64,000 nucleotides of DNA from Promethearchaeota archaeon. GTDB lineage: Archaea; Asgardarchaeota; Lokiarchaeia; Sigyniarchaeales; SOKP01. Both the position numbers and the translations under genes were made by a program. The notes under the pieces were generated by a model that did no database searches, was not told the origin of the DNA, and was given only the letters and a program-made list of their open reading frames with translations. Of the stretch, positions 1-9,556 are shown piece by piece. The number at the start of each line of letters is the position of its first letter. The first letter of the stretch is position 1. The stretch lies in NCBI GenBank assembly GCA_016839585.1, contig JAEOTZ010000070.1:1-64000 (forward strand), given 5' to 3'.

Positions 1-414
1 GGATTCAAATGCTTCCTCAAACTCCTTTTCATCCCAGAGGTTGTAAGTTCGTCCCACTAATTTTGTTTGCACATCAAAGCATCGACATGACCCAAATTTT
101 TCTACATATATGTCATGAAGTTGTTTAACGAGAGCATAGGATTTCTTTGACTTATACATATCCTCAAAATCTTTATGTTCTCTTCCAAAAAGGTATCCTA
201 TAACCATGGATGCCCCAATTAATGCCCCACATGACCCATCTCCTGTTAATCCTAGACCATCAGCTAATCCACTTGCTGCTTTGAACACATCTTCATTCCA
301 AATCCCTAATGCTTCAAAAATAGCTGCTATAGCTGTTTGAGCACACCCAGTGAAATTCTTTTCATACTTTTTTCCTAATTCAAAAGCCTTATTTAATATA
401 TCTTTTTCAGACAT
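1..414 (-). CDS. C_GCAxxG_C_C family redox protein (3' end outside window)
   Basis: Manual translation from ATG at 414: MSEKDILNKAFELGKKYEKNFTGCAQTAIAAIFEALG...GLADGLGLTGDGSCGALIGASM; GGTGG SD just upstream; not in ORF track. Confidence 0.85.
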   Translation of the reverse strand, partial: MSEKDILNKAFELGKKYEKNFTGCAQTAIAAIFEALGIWNEDVFKAASGLADGLGLTGDGSCGALIGASMVIGYLFGREHKDFEDMYKSKKSYALVKQLHDIYVEKFGSCRCFDVQTKLVGRTYNLWDEKEFEEAFES

Positions 415-493
415 TTTATCCACCTAAATTATATTCTATCTTAATTAAGATATACATGAAATTTAATATAAGGTTTTAAATTTTATAGAATAA

Positions 494-652
494 AAAAAAT
501 GTTCAAATTGTGGGGAATGCTCCGATTGGTGTTATTTTGGTGCAAGAACTATAGAAGATGGAAAATTGCATTTTAATTCCATTAGATGCTTTGGATGTGG
601 CATTTGTGTCTCTAAATGTCCTAATAATGCGATTTTTTTACTTAAAAAATAG
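494..652 (+). pseudogene. 2x[4Fe-4S] ferredoxin-domain fragment without a start codon
   Basis: KKCSNCGECSDWCYFGA...RCFGCGICVSKCPNNAIFLLKK*; in-frame TAA at 491-493 immediately upstream. Confidence 0.7.
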
Positions 653-689
653 CAGTAATTTTATAATAAAGAATCATTATTCAAAATAT

Positions 690-1376
690 ATGAATTTAAA
701 ATATTCTTTTCAAATTAGTATTGTATTCGATAATAAGTGTGTAGAAGAAGGATTTTTACCTGGATTTGGATTTTCAGCATTAATTTATGATTTTTCAACG
801 GAAAATTATTTACTTTTTGACACAGGAGGAAATAGCAGGACTTTACTTCATAATATTAACAAGCTAAAGGTTGATATCTCCAGCATTAAAAAAGTTATAA
901 TCTCACATAATCATGGTGATCATGCTGGAGGGCTGGAGGGAATCTATAAATTGAACCCTAATATTGAAATATATGTCCCTTTAGCAAATCTAGCACCATA
1001 TAAAAAAGCATTTTCTGAATCGAAGGTTCATGGTATTTCAGAATTAACCATAATTGGAAAAAATCTATATTCCTCAGGTCAATTTGGACAGCATTCTATA
1101 AAGGAACAGGCTTTATTTTTAAGAACTAAAAATAATGAAATTATAATAACTGTTGGTTGTGCTCATCCAGGGTTAGAGAAATTTATTATAGAAGCACAAA
1201 AATTAGGCAAGATCCTAGCTATAATTGGTGGATTTCATGGTTTTGATAAGTTTTCTTATTTAAATGGGATTAATTTAATTGGTGCCTGTCATTGCACACA
1301 ACACATAAAATCGATTCGTGAACAATTTCCTAACCAATATCAAAGAATATGTGTAGGAAATTCTTTCTCATTTTAA
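690..1376 (+). CDS. MBL-fold metallo-hydrolase
   Basis: GFSALI, LLFDTGG, SHNHGDHAGG, GCAHPG, GGFH, CHCT motifs; start moved from 558 to ATG 690 because 558-652 overlaps the ferredoxin fragment. Confidence 0.85.
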   Translation: MNLKYSFQISIVFDNKCVEEGFLPGFGFSALIYDFSTENYLLFDTGGNSRTLLHNINKLKVDISSIKKVIISHNHGDHAGGLEGIYKLNPNIEIYVPLANLAPYKKAFSESKVHGISELTIIGKNLYSSGQFGQHSIKEQALFLRTKNNEIIITVGCAHPGLEKFIIEAQKLGKILAIIGGFHGFDKFSYLNGINLIGACHCTQHIKSIREQFPNQYQRICVGNSFSF

Positions 1377-1535
1377 AATTTATTAAATAATAATTTATTA
1401 TTACTTTTCATAAATCGCAATTTTTTAAGGAAGTTTAATATTTTATTTAAAATTAAATAGTAAAAAGTCTTTTAATTTCTTAATATGATCTATTGATAAT
1501 TCAACTGATAAAATACTATAATAGGTGGATCTGTT

Positions 1536-1979
1536 ATAGCGCCTTTAAGCGAATATCTCTATGAGTTAGGAATAGTGTTTCGAGGTTTTGTGCTTATAAA
1601 TTATATACTCAAAGAGATACATGCTCAAAAAGAAACGGGTGTTGCAAAAGATCTAAGAGGAGCTTTTATATCTGCAATAAATACATTTGCCGAGAGTGCG
1701 TTCAATAATACATCTTTAGAATATTTAGAATCTGGTTCAATTCTTTTTATTTTCAAAATTTCAGAAATTAAATCACGAGATAGTGGATTAAAGGAACCTA
1801 TTATTATGTATGGTTTAGTGGACAAAAAAAAGAAGAATCCAGATAAATTGGTAAAAAAGTTCTTTGAAACTGCAGAACCAATTTTAGAATTATTTAATCA
1901 AAGATATTATAATACAGATTTTACAGAATTAAATCAATTTGGATCTTTTTTAGATGAGATAAAAGCATTTTTCGAATAG
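1536..1979 (+). CDS. Small longin-like protein; start uncertain (ATA 1536 or GTG 1575)
   Basis: LYELGIVFRGFVLINY...DLRGAFISAINTFAESAF...LEYLE pattern resembles longin beta-beta-alpha topology; frame is open upstream of 1575 to a GGTGG SD. Confidence 0.5.
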   Translation: MAPLSEYLYELGIVFRGFVLINYILKEIHAQKETGVAKDLRGAFISAINTFAESAFNNTSLEYLESGSILFIFKISEIKSRDSGLKEPIIMYGLVDKKKKNPDKLVKKFFETAEPILELFNQRYYNTDFTELNQFGSFLDEIKAFFE

Positions 1980-1998
1980 TTTCTACATTATAAAACCC

Positions 1999-3657
1999 TT
2001 ATTTTTTGACTAAACTCCACCCACTTGGTTTTCCTCGTGAATAGGTAATTATTCCTTGCTCTTTCATTGAATCGATTTCCTTATCAACGTCATCTTTGTC
2101 AAATCCTTTCTGAACTATATCCTCGACAAATTTATTTTTAGTAGAAACAACTTTTTTTTGGTTTAAATAATCAATAATAACATTATTTAAAGATGCATCT
2201 GAAGAAGGTTTAGCCGTTGGAACAGCTTCTTCCGAATATATATCAAGGGCATCAACTAATCTTTCTTTATCAGATTTGGTAACTTCTTCAATTACCATAG
2301 GTTTCACAATAACCTTTGGTTCTTCTGCTGGAATTTCAACTTCCTCAGCTTTTTCTGGTTTTTCTTCTCCAGGTAAACTCCAAACTGGATATGTTATTTT
2401 CTCATAGGTGATCATTTTTTGTGTTCTCATAATTTCAAATTCTTCAAGAATCTCACTGCGAGTATATCCTAACTTCATTAATTCTTTAATTAAATCCTGC
2501 AAAAATCCTATATCTTTTAAGATTTTAAATATATATTCTCTTATATTAGTAGGTACTTTTTCTATTTTAACCTCTTCTTCAATCTTCTTCTCTTCACTTA
2601 TTTGCACTTCTGGAATTTGAATTTGTTGAGGAATTTCCAAAATAGGTTTTTGACCCCATTCAAAATCTGTAAGATTTCGTAGAGATCTATCATAACCCCC
2701 AAATACTATATGTTTTACATCTTGTTCCGTCCCCATAAGATAGCAGATATCCTGAATAGATGTTGACACTTTTGTTTTCCATTTTAACTCAATATCTTTA
2801 GAATTCAATGAAGGATTGTGAAAAACTTTTAATGAGCCATCAGCACATCCAGCAATAATTTCCTTGGCATTATCACCGTCTATATCTTCAATTAATAAGG
2901 AAAGTGGACGCCCTTCTTCGATTGGGATCTCTTTTAAGAGTTCACCTTCGCTGTTAAGAACTTTAATGTTAGAATCATCAGTACTCAATATAATTTCATT
3001 AAATCCATCATTTGTAACGTCTCCAACTTGAATATCATTAATCTGGGAATGAAAATCTCTTTGCCAAATAATATCAGGTGTACCTTCCTGAATTTGGATT
3101 AGCTGAACTGAACCATTTTTAGTACCAACTAATAATCCATATATAGGAATTTTATCATCAGGTAATTTTAAATATCCCAAAGTACAAGCCGTTACCCAAG
3201 AATCATAATAGAATACGTATCTTGATTCTTTAGAACTTATTTCATCAAAAATTTTAAGTGTTTTGTCTTCACCTCCAAATATTAAATCTGCTTTACCATT
3301 TCTAGTAAAATCGCCAGCAATACAACAATTCACCTTCCCCTTAGATCTATATCGCATTATCCCTAGTAACTTCTGCTTCTCGACATTTAACTTTAGAACC
3401 ATGAAACTCCCATCTCCTGCCCCAACTAAAATCTCATCACATCCATCTCCATCTAAATCAATAGCATAACTACATCGACACCAACCATCAAATGATCTAT
3501 CATCTACGATATTCATTTTCTCGTCCATAAGATATAATGTCTTATCATGTCCACCAAATACTAAGTAGTTATTATTATGACATTTTAAAATACAGCAAGT
3601 TAAAACCGCTTCAGGACACTCAAACATCCAATTTAGTCGATATCGCTTCCTTATCAT
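1999..3657 (-). CDS. FG-GAP/beta-propeller protein (BBS2/7- or ITFG-like) with C-terminal wHTH-like region
   Basis: Repeated DLDGDGCDEILVG, GDFTRNGKADLIFG, GDVTNDGFNEII, DIDGDNAKEIIAG blades. Confidence 0.7.
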   Translation of the reverse strand: MIRKRYRLNWMFECPEAVLTCCILKCHNNNYLVFGGHDKTLYLMDEKMNIVDDRSFDGWCRCSYAIDLDGDGCDEILVGAGDGSFMVLKLNVEKQKLLGIMRYRSKGKVNCCIAGDFTRNGKADLIFGGEDKTLKIFDEISSKESRYVFYYDSWVTACTLGYLKLPDDKIPIYGLLVGTKNGSVQLIQIQEGTPDIIWQRDFHSQINDIQVGDVTNDGFNEIILSTDDSNIKVLNSEGELLKEIPIEEGRPLSLLIEDIDGDNAKEIIAGCADGSLKVFHNPSLNSKDIELKWKTKVSTSIQDICYLMGTEQDVKHIVFGGYDRSLRNLTDFEWGQKPILEIPQQIQIPEVQISEEKKIEEEVKIEKVPTNIREYIFKILKDIGFLQDLIKELMKLGYTRSEILEEFEIMRTQKMITYEKITYPVWSLPGEEKPEKAEEVEIPAEEPKVIVKPMVIEEVTKSDKERLVDALDIYSEEAVPTAKPSSDASLNNVIIDYLNQKKVVSTKNKFVEDIVQKGFDKDDVDKEIDSMKEQGIITYSRGKPSGWSLVKK

Positions 3658-3810
3658 GATATCTTAAAATTCCTTTAAATTTTGGAATCTTTTTATAATA
3701 TTTAAAATAAATAAATTTTCTATGTTCTTTTAATTTTTATTCCTAAATTTATTTAACCCTTATGTCAATATAAAAATAAAAAAAATAAAAAATAATTATA
3801 TTTAATTTTA

Positions 3811-5961
3811 TTAGAAAGCTATTTGTGCATCCGATGGACTATATGCACCAGTACCAGTAATTTCATATGTGATTTCTAATCGGTCTCCAACTTCTAAGGT
3901 ATCTATTTCCCACTTTAATGTGTCAGCTCCAACCTCGTCGGTGATTTCTGGGGTCATAGAATATGTACCATACTCGAATTTGTCAGGAACTTTATCTAAA
4001 AGCTTCAAGTTATAAAGCCGTGATTCTCCTATATTTTCAAGTGTTAAAATAATTCTATAATTTCCCAACGCCCCGACAGGAACAACTTCTTTTCCAACAC
4101 GGAACTTCCTTCTGATGTGCAATGCTTCTATTGTTGGAACCTCAGGCTTGAATTCTAACTCCTGGCTTACTGGAAAGGTATTAGCACGGTAGAACATTTC
4201 TGATTCAAATGTAGAACCTTTTGCAGGATTGACACAATGGACGGGATATTCAAATTCAATAGTAGAATCTGGTTCAAACATCCCAGTACTACTATCTTTC
4301 AGATCCATCAGAGAGATAGTAAATACATTAGCTTCAACACTTACAGCTGCGGGAGCTAACTCTACTTCATCTCCATCCCATAACATTTTTATTTCACTAG
4401 CTTTAGGAGGTTGGTATTCATCTGAGAAGTATTGTTGTACAATTTTTAGTTCATTTAGAGGAGCAGAACCATTATTAGCCATCTTAAGGGTAGTGACGAT
4501 ATCTTGCGCCTTATAAGTTGGAGTTTCAGTTTTATCATATTTCATTTCTCCAGTGATACTAGCTATTTCTAAGATCACATCAGATATCGCTGTTGAACCA
4601 TTTACTATTGTTCGGAAATCAGGCATTACTCTAAATTCCAGCTTTTTTCTGAAAGAAGGATAATCATCGCTTTCATATTGCCATTTCTTTGAGTGCCATT
4701 GAGCTCCAGCAGGTAGCATAGGAACATCATCAGGATCAATATCTACGAATTTTGTAGATTTATCCTCAGGAGAATATACATCGGCATTAAAAAGCTGAAT
4801 TATAAATTCCGAAGAATTATCAAAAACAAGCTTACAATCCCATACTCCTGGTTCTTCATCCCTTTCAACTGTATCAACATAGAATTTGTTTCGTGTATAA
4901 GCATCAAATTTATCTATATCTAGACCCTCGGCAAATGAAGAAGCTGCTTGATAAGTAACCTCAATAGGTCCCGTTCTTCTTTTGGTAATATCAGTTACAA
5001 AGATAGAACATGTAAATTTTAATAAGGCAGTTCTTTCAGGTGGTAATATATCAATTGTCCAGATAATTTTATTACCTTCAATATCAGCCCTTCCTACGGA
5101 TGTATCTCGAACTACTGGATTAGTAAAATCGTCGGAAATAGTTTTAACAACTTTGATATTACCAACATTTTTATCAAATTCGCTTCTAACAGCAATAGCA
5201 AATGTTACTGTATTTTCTTTATCAATGGAAATACCATAAGTTTCTAATCCAGATTCGGCAGAAGTACCTCCATCCTCCCATGTTTCACCTTCATCCTCTT
5301 CTTCCTCCTCTTCCTCTTCATATTCAGTAGCCTTTACTACTTTTGGTTTGCTTGCCATCTTTGAAGGTTTACTTGTTACCTCTTTTAATTTCAAAAGGTT
5401 ATTCTCAATATCATGTATGGTTAATACATCATCGGCATTAGTTAATGTACTGATGTATTCTTTTACTAATAAAAGGTTTTTAACCTCTCCAGTTAATTGA
5501 AAATCACGAGAGTCAATATTTTCAGGAGGATCTGTACTTAATTCTCTAATTGAAATATCTTTTGATTTTAAGTTAGTACTTCCAATATTTTTAAGCGATA
5601 AATCTATATCCCAAATACGATCAGTCTTCGAAGGATTCTCGATATTTAGTTTTCCAGCAAAACTTATGGATTCAAGATTTCCGTCATGGTCTTGTTTTAC
5701 ATCTACTTCTTCAATTATCTTCACTTGAGCTAATAATCCTTCTCGATTTCTATCTTTTAAGATAATTGATCCTTCAAGTTCTCCTGTGTCTTTATCATAA
5801 GTTTCTATAACCGGTGTAGATGTATCTCTATCAATTAATTTTACACGCCCTTCATCCAAATCAGTTCTTTTTAATGCTTCAGCAACTAATTCTTCTCCAG
5901 CTTCCTCAGCACCCCAGCCCATTCGGCGTTCAGTTTTCTTTTTTTTATCTTTTTTTCCCAT
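3811..5961 (-). CDS. Large acidic beta-sandwich protein, possible mu-homology-domain-like
   Basis: IIEEVDVKQDHDGNLESISFAGKL and IIWTIDILPP segments; repeated Ig-like modules; poly-E tract. Confidence 0.5.
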   Translation of the reverse strand: MGKKDKKKKTERRMGWGAEEAGEELVAEALKRTDLDEGRVKLIDRDTSTPVIETYDKDTGELEGSIILKDRNREGLLAQVKIIEEVDVKQDHDGNLESISFAGKLNIENPSKTDRIWDIDLSLKNIGSTNLKSKDISIRELSTDPPENIDSRDFQLTGEVKNLLLVKEYISTLTNADDVLTIHDIENNLLKLKEVTSKPSKMASKPKVVKATEYEEEEEEEEDEGETWEDGGTSAESGLETYGISIDKENTVTFAIAVRSEFDKNVGNIKVVKTISDDFTNPVVRDTSVGRADIEGNKIIWTIDILPPERTALLKFTCSIFVTDITKRRTGPIEVTYQAASSFAEGLDIDKFDAYTRNKFYVDTVERDEEPGVWDCKLVFDNSSEFIIQLFNADVYSPEDKSTKFVDIDPDDVPMLPAGAQWHSKKWQYESDDYPSFRKKLEFRVMPDFRTIVNGSTAISDVILEIASITGEMKYDKTETPTYKAQDIVTTLKMANNGSAPLNELKIVQQYFSDEYQPPKASEIKMLWDGDEVELAPAAVSVEANVFTISLMDLKDSSTGMFEPDSTIEFEYPVHCVNPAKGSTFESEMFYRANTFPVSQELEFKPEVPTIEALHIRRKFRVGKEVVPVGALGNYRIILTLENIGESRLYNLKLLDKVPDKFEYGTYSMTPEITDEVGADTLKWEIDTLEVGDRLEITYEITGTGAYSPSDAQIAF

Positions 5962-6157
5962 TATTTCTTACCAAATTATATATTTTTTTATAAATTAAGA
6001 TTTATTTATGGATTAATAAACATTAATCGATAAAATAATTTAACCCACAATCTTTAAAAAATTTTTACTTACAATGTAGTTATTAAGAAATAGAATTTTT
6101 TTTAATTAGTATTAAAAACTAGAATTTTCTCAGTAAGCTCTTTCTTTAAGCTTAAAG

Positions 6158-6370
6158 TTAAAAGAATTTTTTATCAAATTCATCTGGTTTGCTAGGAAGG
6201 ATATTGGGTTCAATAGATTTATGACCACACATTGGACAAACAGTTATTTTCTTTTTTGTTTTTGGATCATATGGTTTGAAGCTAAAACCACAAACGGGGC
6301 ATACTTTTATTAAATTATTAGCAAATCCTTTTATTTTTAAATTGTTATTATTTTTCTTCATGATTTTCAA
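6158..6370 (-). CDS. Small zinc-ribbon protein
   Basis: CPVCG...CPMCG. Confidence 0.6.
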   Translation of the reverse strand: MKIMKKNNNNLKIKGFANNLIKVCPVCGFSFKPYDPKTKKKITVCPMCGHKSIEPNILPSKPDEFDKKFF

Positions 6371-6386
6371 TTAGATCAAGATACCA

Positions 6387-7817
6387 TTAACTATTTATTT
6401 TTTTGCAAATTAGAATGAGTATTAAATCATTTACATTACAACCTGTTTGTCCTGTAATTAATTCACTTTGTAAAATTTTGAAAAAAGAATTAGAGTCATT
6501 TGATTTTAAGTATTTTTTAGGGTTAATATTTCTCTCAATCATTTGATTTACTACAAAATTATCAACTAAAGCGCCCATTGCTTTGCTATTACCCTCGATA
6601 CCATCAAGGTTTACAGCCACAATTAAGAAATTGTAATAAACATCTTGACTTTTAATATTTTCAAGAAAACTAAGCAACATTTCTTGATTTCTCCCCCCAA
6701 CACCATCTCCTTTAATTGTCACTGTTAATTCACCCGTTCCAATCAAAGCAATTTTTGAGATTTTTTCATTTTCTAATTTTACGTTAATTTTTTTGGACAT
6801 TATATTAAAAAGCAATGATCCAAATTCATTTGCTTCTCCCGTAATTTCTTTAGAAAAATATTCTACCGTAAAAGATTGCTCTCTTAAATAAGAATTAATT
6901 TCTTCGGCAGCAAATATTACGCTTCCTATTAAATAATTATGTACATTATTAAAACAGGCATCATTAGGTTTTGGAGTTTCTAATTCTACATTAAGCACGG
7001 CATACTCTAGATGCTTTAGAACAGAGTCTGGAACCTTGTTATAAATTTTATATTTTTTTAAAATATCAATTGCATCTTTGTATTTAGTTAGATCTGGCAC
7101 AGAGGGTCCAGAAGCAATAGAATCTAATTTATCTCCTACTACATCAGAAATAATTAAAGAAATTAACGTTGCCCCGCTTGAATAATATAATTTCTTTGCC
7201 AAATTACCCCCTTTAAAATCTGACAAATGTTTTCGAATAGTATTTATCTCATGAATAGACGCACCAGATGCTAAAAGGAGTGAATTAATTTCTTGTAAAT
7301 CTTTAAGTGTAATACCTTTTTTTGGTAGAGGTAATAATGTAGAACCACCACCAGATATGAGACAGAAAATTATATCTTTTTGAGAGGTATTTTCAATTAT
7401 TTCCATCATTTGTTTAGTTCCAATTAGTCCATTTAGATTAGGAATAGGATGTGATGCATAGTTAATTTTGATTTTTCTAGATAATATAGATTGGTCTATA
7501 TTTAAGCCTTCGGGAATGTTTATGATTCCTTCATAGTTAATATTGGAATCTACTAAGATATTTTCCAATGAAAATGCCATATCAGCAGTAGCTTTTCCGC
7601 CCCCTATTATGTATACTTTGTCAAAATCATTTAGATTATATTCATCATTCATGATGGATAATTTGTTATTAAAAATTTTGATTGCTTTTTGAATTAACTC
7701 TTTTGGTTGTACAGATTTTAAAGCTACCTCAATTGAATTTATCCCAATTTGCCTTAAATATAATTGATCTTCGTTTAATTGCTCGATAAAGAGTTGGGAG
7801 GTATTTTTGATATACAT
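6387..7817 (-). CDS. Glycerate 2-kinase (DUF4147/MOFRL family)
   Basis: GGGKA, HPIP, LISGGGS, NTIRKHLSDFKGG, SDVVGD..IASGP, GGRNQE, TGCNVND. Confidence 0.92.
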   Translation of the reverse strand: MYIKNTSQLFIEQLNEDQLYLRQIGINSIEVALKSVQPKELIQKAIKIFNNKLSIMNDEYNLNDFDKVYIIGGGKATADMAFSLENILVDSNINYEGIINIPEGLNIDQSILSRKIKINYASHPIPNLNGLIGTKQMMEIIENTSQKDIIFCLISGGGSTLLPLPKKGITLKDLQEINSLLLASGASIHEINTIRKHLSDFKGGNLAKKLYYSSGATLISLIISDVVGDKLDSIASGPSVPDLTKYKDAIDILKKYKIYNKVPDSVLKHLEYAVLNVELETPKPNDACFNNVHNYLIGSVIFAAEEINSYLREQSFTVEYFSKEITGEANEFGSLLFNIMSKKINVKLENEKISKIALIGTGELTVTIKGDGVGGRNQEMLLSFLENIKSQDVYYNFLIVAVNLDGIEGNSKAMGALVDNFVVNQMIERNINPKKYLKSNDSNSFFKILQSELITGQTGCNVNDLILILICKKINS

Positions 7818-8061
7818 AAAATTTCAACTATATTTAATATACTTATCTTAGTTTTAATTAATGATTTTTATCAACTATTAATGAAGACGATCGTTGTTTT
7901 TCTTACTTTTAATGTAATTAATCAAATACCTTACTTTATTTACTAATTTTGATCTTTTTCAATAAAAAGGATTGTTTAAATAAACTTAATATTTACTGAT
8001 TTATTTAATTACTCAATAAAATAAATAATTACGTGTATAATACACGTCTTTTTTGAGAAAA

Positions 8062-9549
8062 ATGACTGAACAACAATATGATATAGCAATCATAGGAGCA
8101 GGTCCAGGAGGTTATCATGCTGCTGTAAGAGCCGCTCAATATGGAGCTAAAGTTGCTTTAATTGAGAAGAAGTATATTGGAGGGACATGTTTAAATAGGG
8201 GATGCATTCCAACAAAAGCTTTATATGCTTCAGCCCATATGATTGAAAAGGTGGAAGAGGCTGGAGAGTTTGGTGTAGAAATCACTGATTTTAAGGTCGA
8301 TTTTGCTAAAGCTGTAGATAGAAAAAATAAAATTGTACAAGAATTAGTCGAGGGTATCGCTGCGTTAGAAAATGCATGGAAGAACGATATATTCATCGGG
8401 TATGGTAAAATAAATGGAGGTATTCCTGAAACTGGATTTGAAATATCAATTCAAAGTGAAGATAATAGACTTATAAATGCCAAAAGAATTATCATAGCTA
8501 CTGGATCATCACCAGCATTAATTCCTGCATTTAATATTGATCATGAAAGAATATTAACCAGTGATGATATATTAGATCCAAATTTTAAAACAATTCCTAA
8601 AAAATTATTGATAATTGGAGCTGGTGTTATTGGATGTGAATTTGCTAATATATTTAATGCTTTTGGAAGTAAGGTAATTCTGTTAGAATACCTTCCCTCA
8701 CCAATCGCAACCGAAGAACCTATGATAGTTAAACAATTACAAAAGAAATTTCAATCACTGGGGATCGAAATAAATGTTTCACAGAATGTGTTATCTGTTG
8801 AAAATACTGGCTCCGGGGTGAAGGCTACTACTTGCTCTGCTTCTATTCCAAGAGATCAAGTTGATAGTGCTGAAAAATTTACTTTTGAAGCTGATCTCTG
8901 CTTAGTATCAATAGGTAGAGCTAAAGAGTCAAAAAATATTGGATTAGAGGAAATGGGGATTAAATCTGATAGAGGAGCAATCAAAGTTAATCCTAAAACT
9001 TTAAAAACTGATGCAGAAGGGATATATGCAATTGGGGATGTTACTGGCGGACTTATGCTCGCACATGTAGCATATCATGAGGCAGATGTAGCAGTAGCAA
9101 ATGCATTAGCAAGTATAGGTGGATTTCCAGTTCATGAAAAGACTCCTGATTATAATATAGTTCCTGCAACCATTTTTACTTCACCCAATATAGGATCTGT
9201 CGGACTGAGAAGGAAAGTAGCAAAAGATCAAGGCATTGATGTTTTAATGGGACAATTCCCGTATCAATCTCTTGGTAAAGCTAAGTGTATGGGAAAGGCG
9301 GAAGAAATTGGTTTCTTAATGATATTAGCAGAAAAGCAAACTCATAAAATCATTGGTGCATCTTGTATAGGTGTTGAAGCATCTGAATTAATCGCGGAAA
9401 TTGCCTTAGCAATGCAGCATGGGTTAACAGTTCATGATATCGGTGAAACAATCCATAGTCATCCTACTATTTCTGAGATGGTTTTGGAGGCAGCAGAAGC
9501 GGTTGTTGGTATGGCAATACACAAAAAAGGGCGACCTATTTTCCATTGA
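8062..9549 (+). CDS. lpdA: Dihydrolipoamide dehydrogenase; 3' end probably supplied by the integrated element
   Basis: GAGPGG, GGTCLNRGCIPTK, GAGVIG, HSHPTISE; ATG 8062 preferred to TTG 8053. Confidence 0.95.
   Translation: MTEQQYDIAIIGAGPGGYHAAVRAAQYGAKVALIEKKYIGGTCLNRGCIPTKALYASAHMIEKVEEAGEFGVEITDFKVDFAKAVDRKNKIVQELVEGIAALENAWKNDIFIGYGKINGGIPETGFEISIQSEDNRLINAKRIIIATGSSPALIPAFNIDHERILTSDDILDPNFKTIPKKLLIIGAGVIGCEFANIFNAFGSKVILLEYLPSPIATEEPMIVKQLQKKFQSLGIEINVSQNVLSVENTGSGVKATTCSASIPRDQVDSAEKFTFEADLCLVSIGRAKESKNIGLEEMGIKSDRGAIKVNPKTLKTDAEGIYAIGDVTGGLMLAHVAYHEADVAVANALASIGGFPVHEKTPDYNIVPATIFTSPNIGSVGLRRKVAKDQGIDVLMGQFPYQSLGKAKCMGKAEEIGFLMILAEKQTHKIIGASCIGVEASELIAEIALAMQHGLTVHDIGETIHSHPTISEMVLEAAEAVVGMAIHKKGRPIFH
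9328..9416 (+). repeat. attL-like direct repeat (89 bp, within lpdA)
   Basis: GCAGAAAAGCAAACTCATAAAATC...GCCTTAGCAATGCA identical to 33057-33145. Confidence 0.95.
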
Positions 9550-9556
9550 GATTCTA

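Noticed and set aside
558-689. N-terminal 44 aa of the 272-aa MBL ORF
   Set aside because: Overlaps a ferredoxin-coding frame; the MBL domain begins near ATG 690
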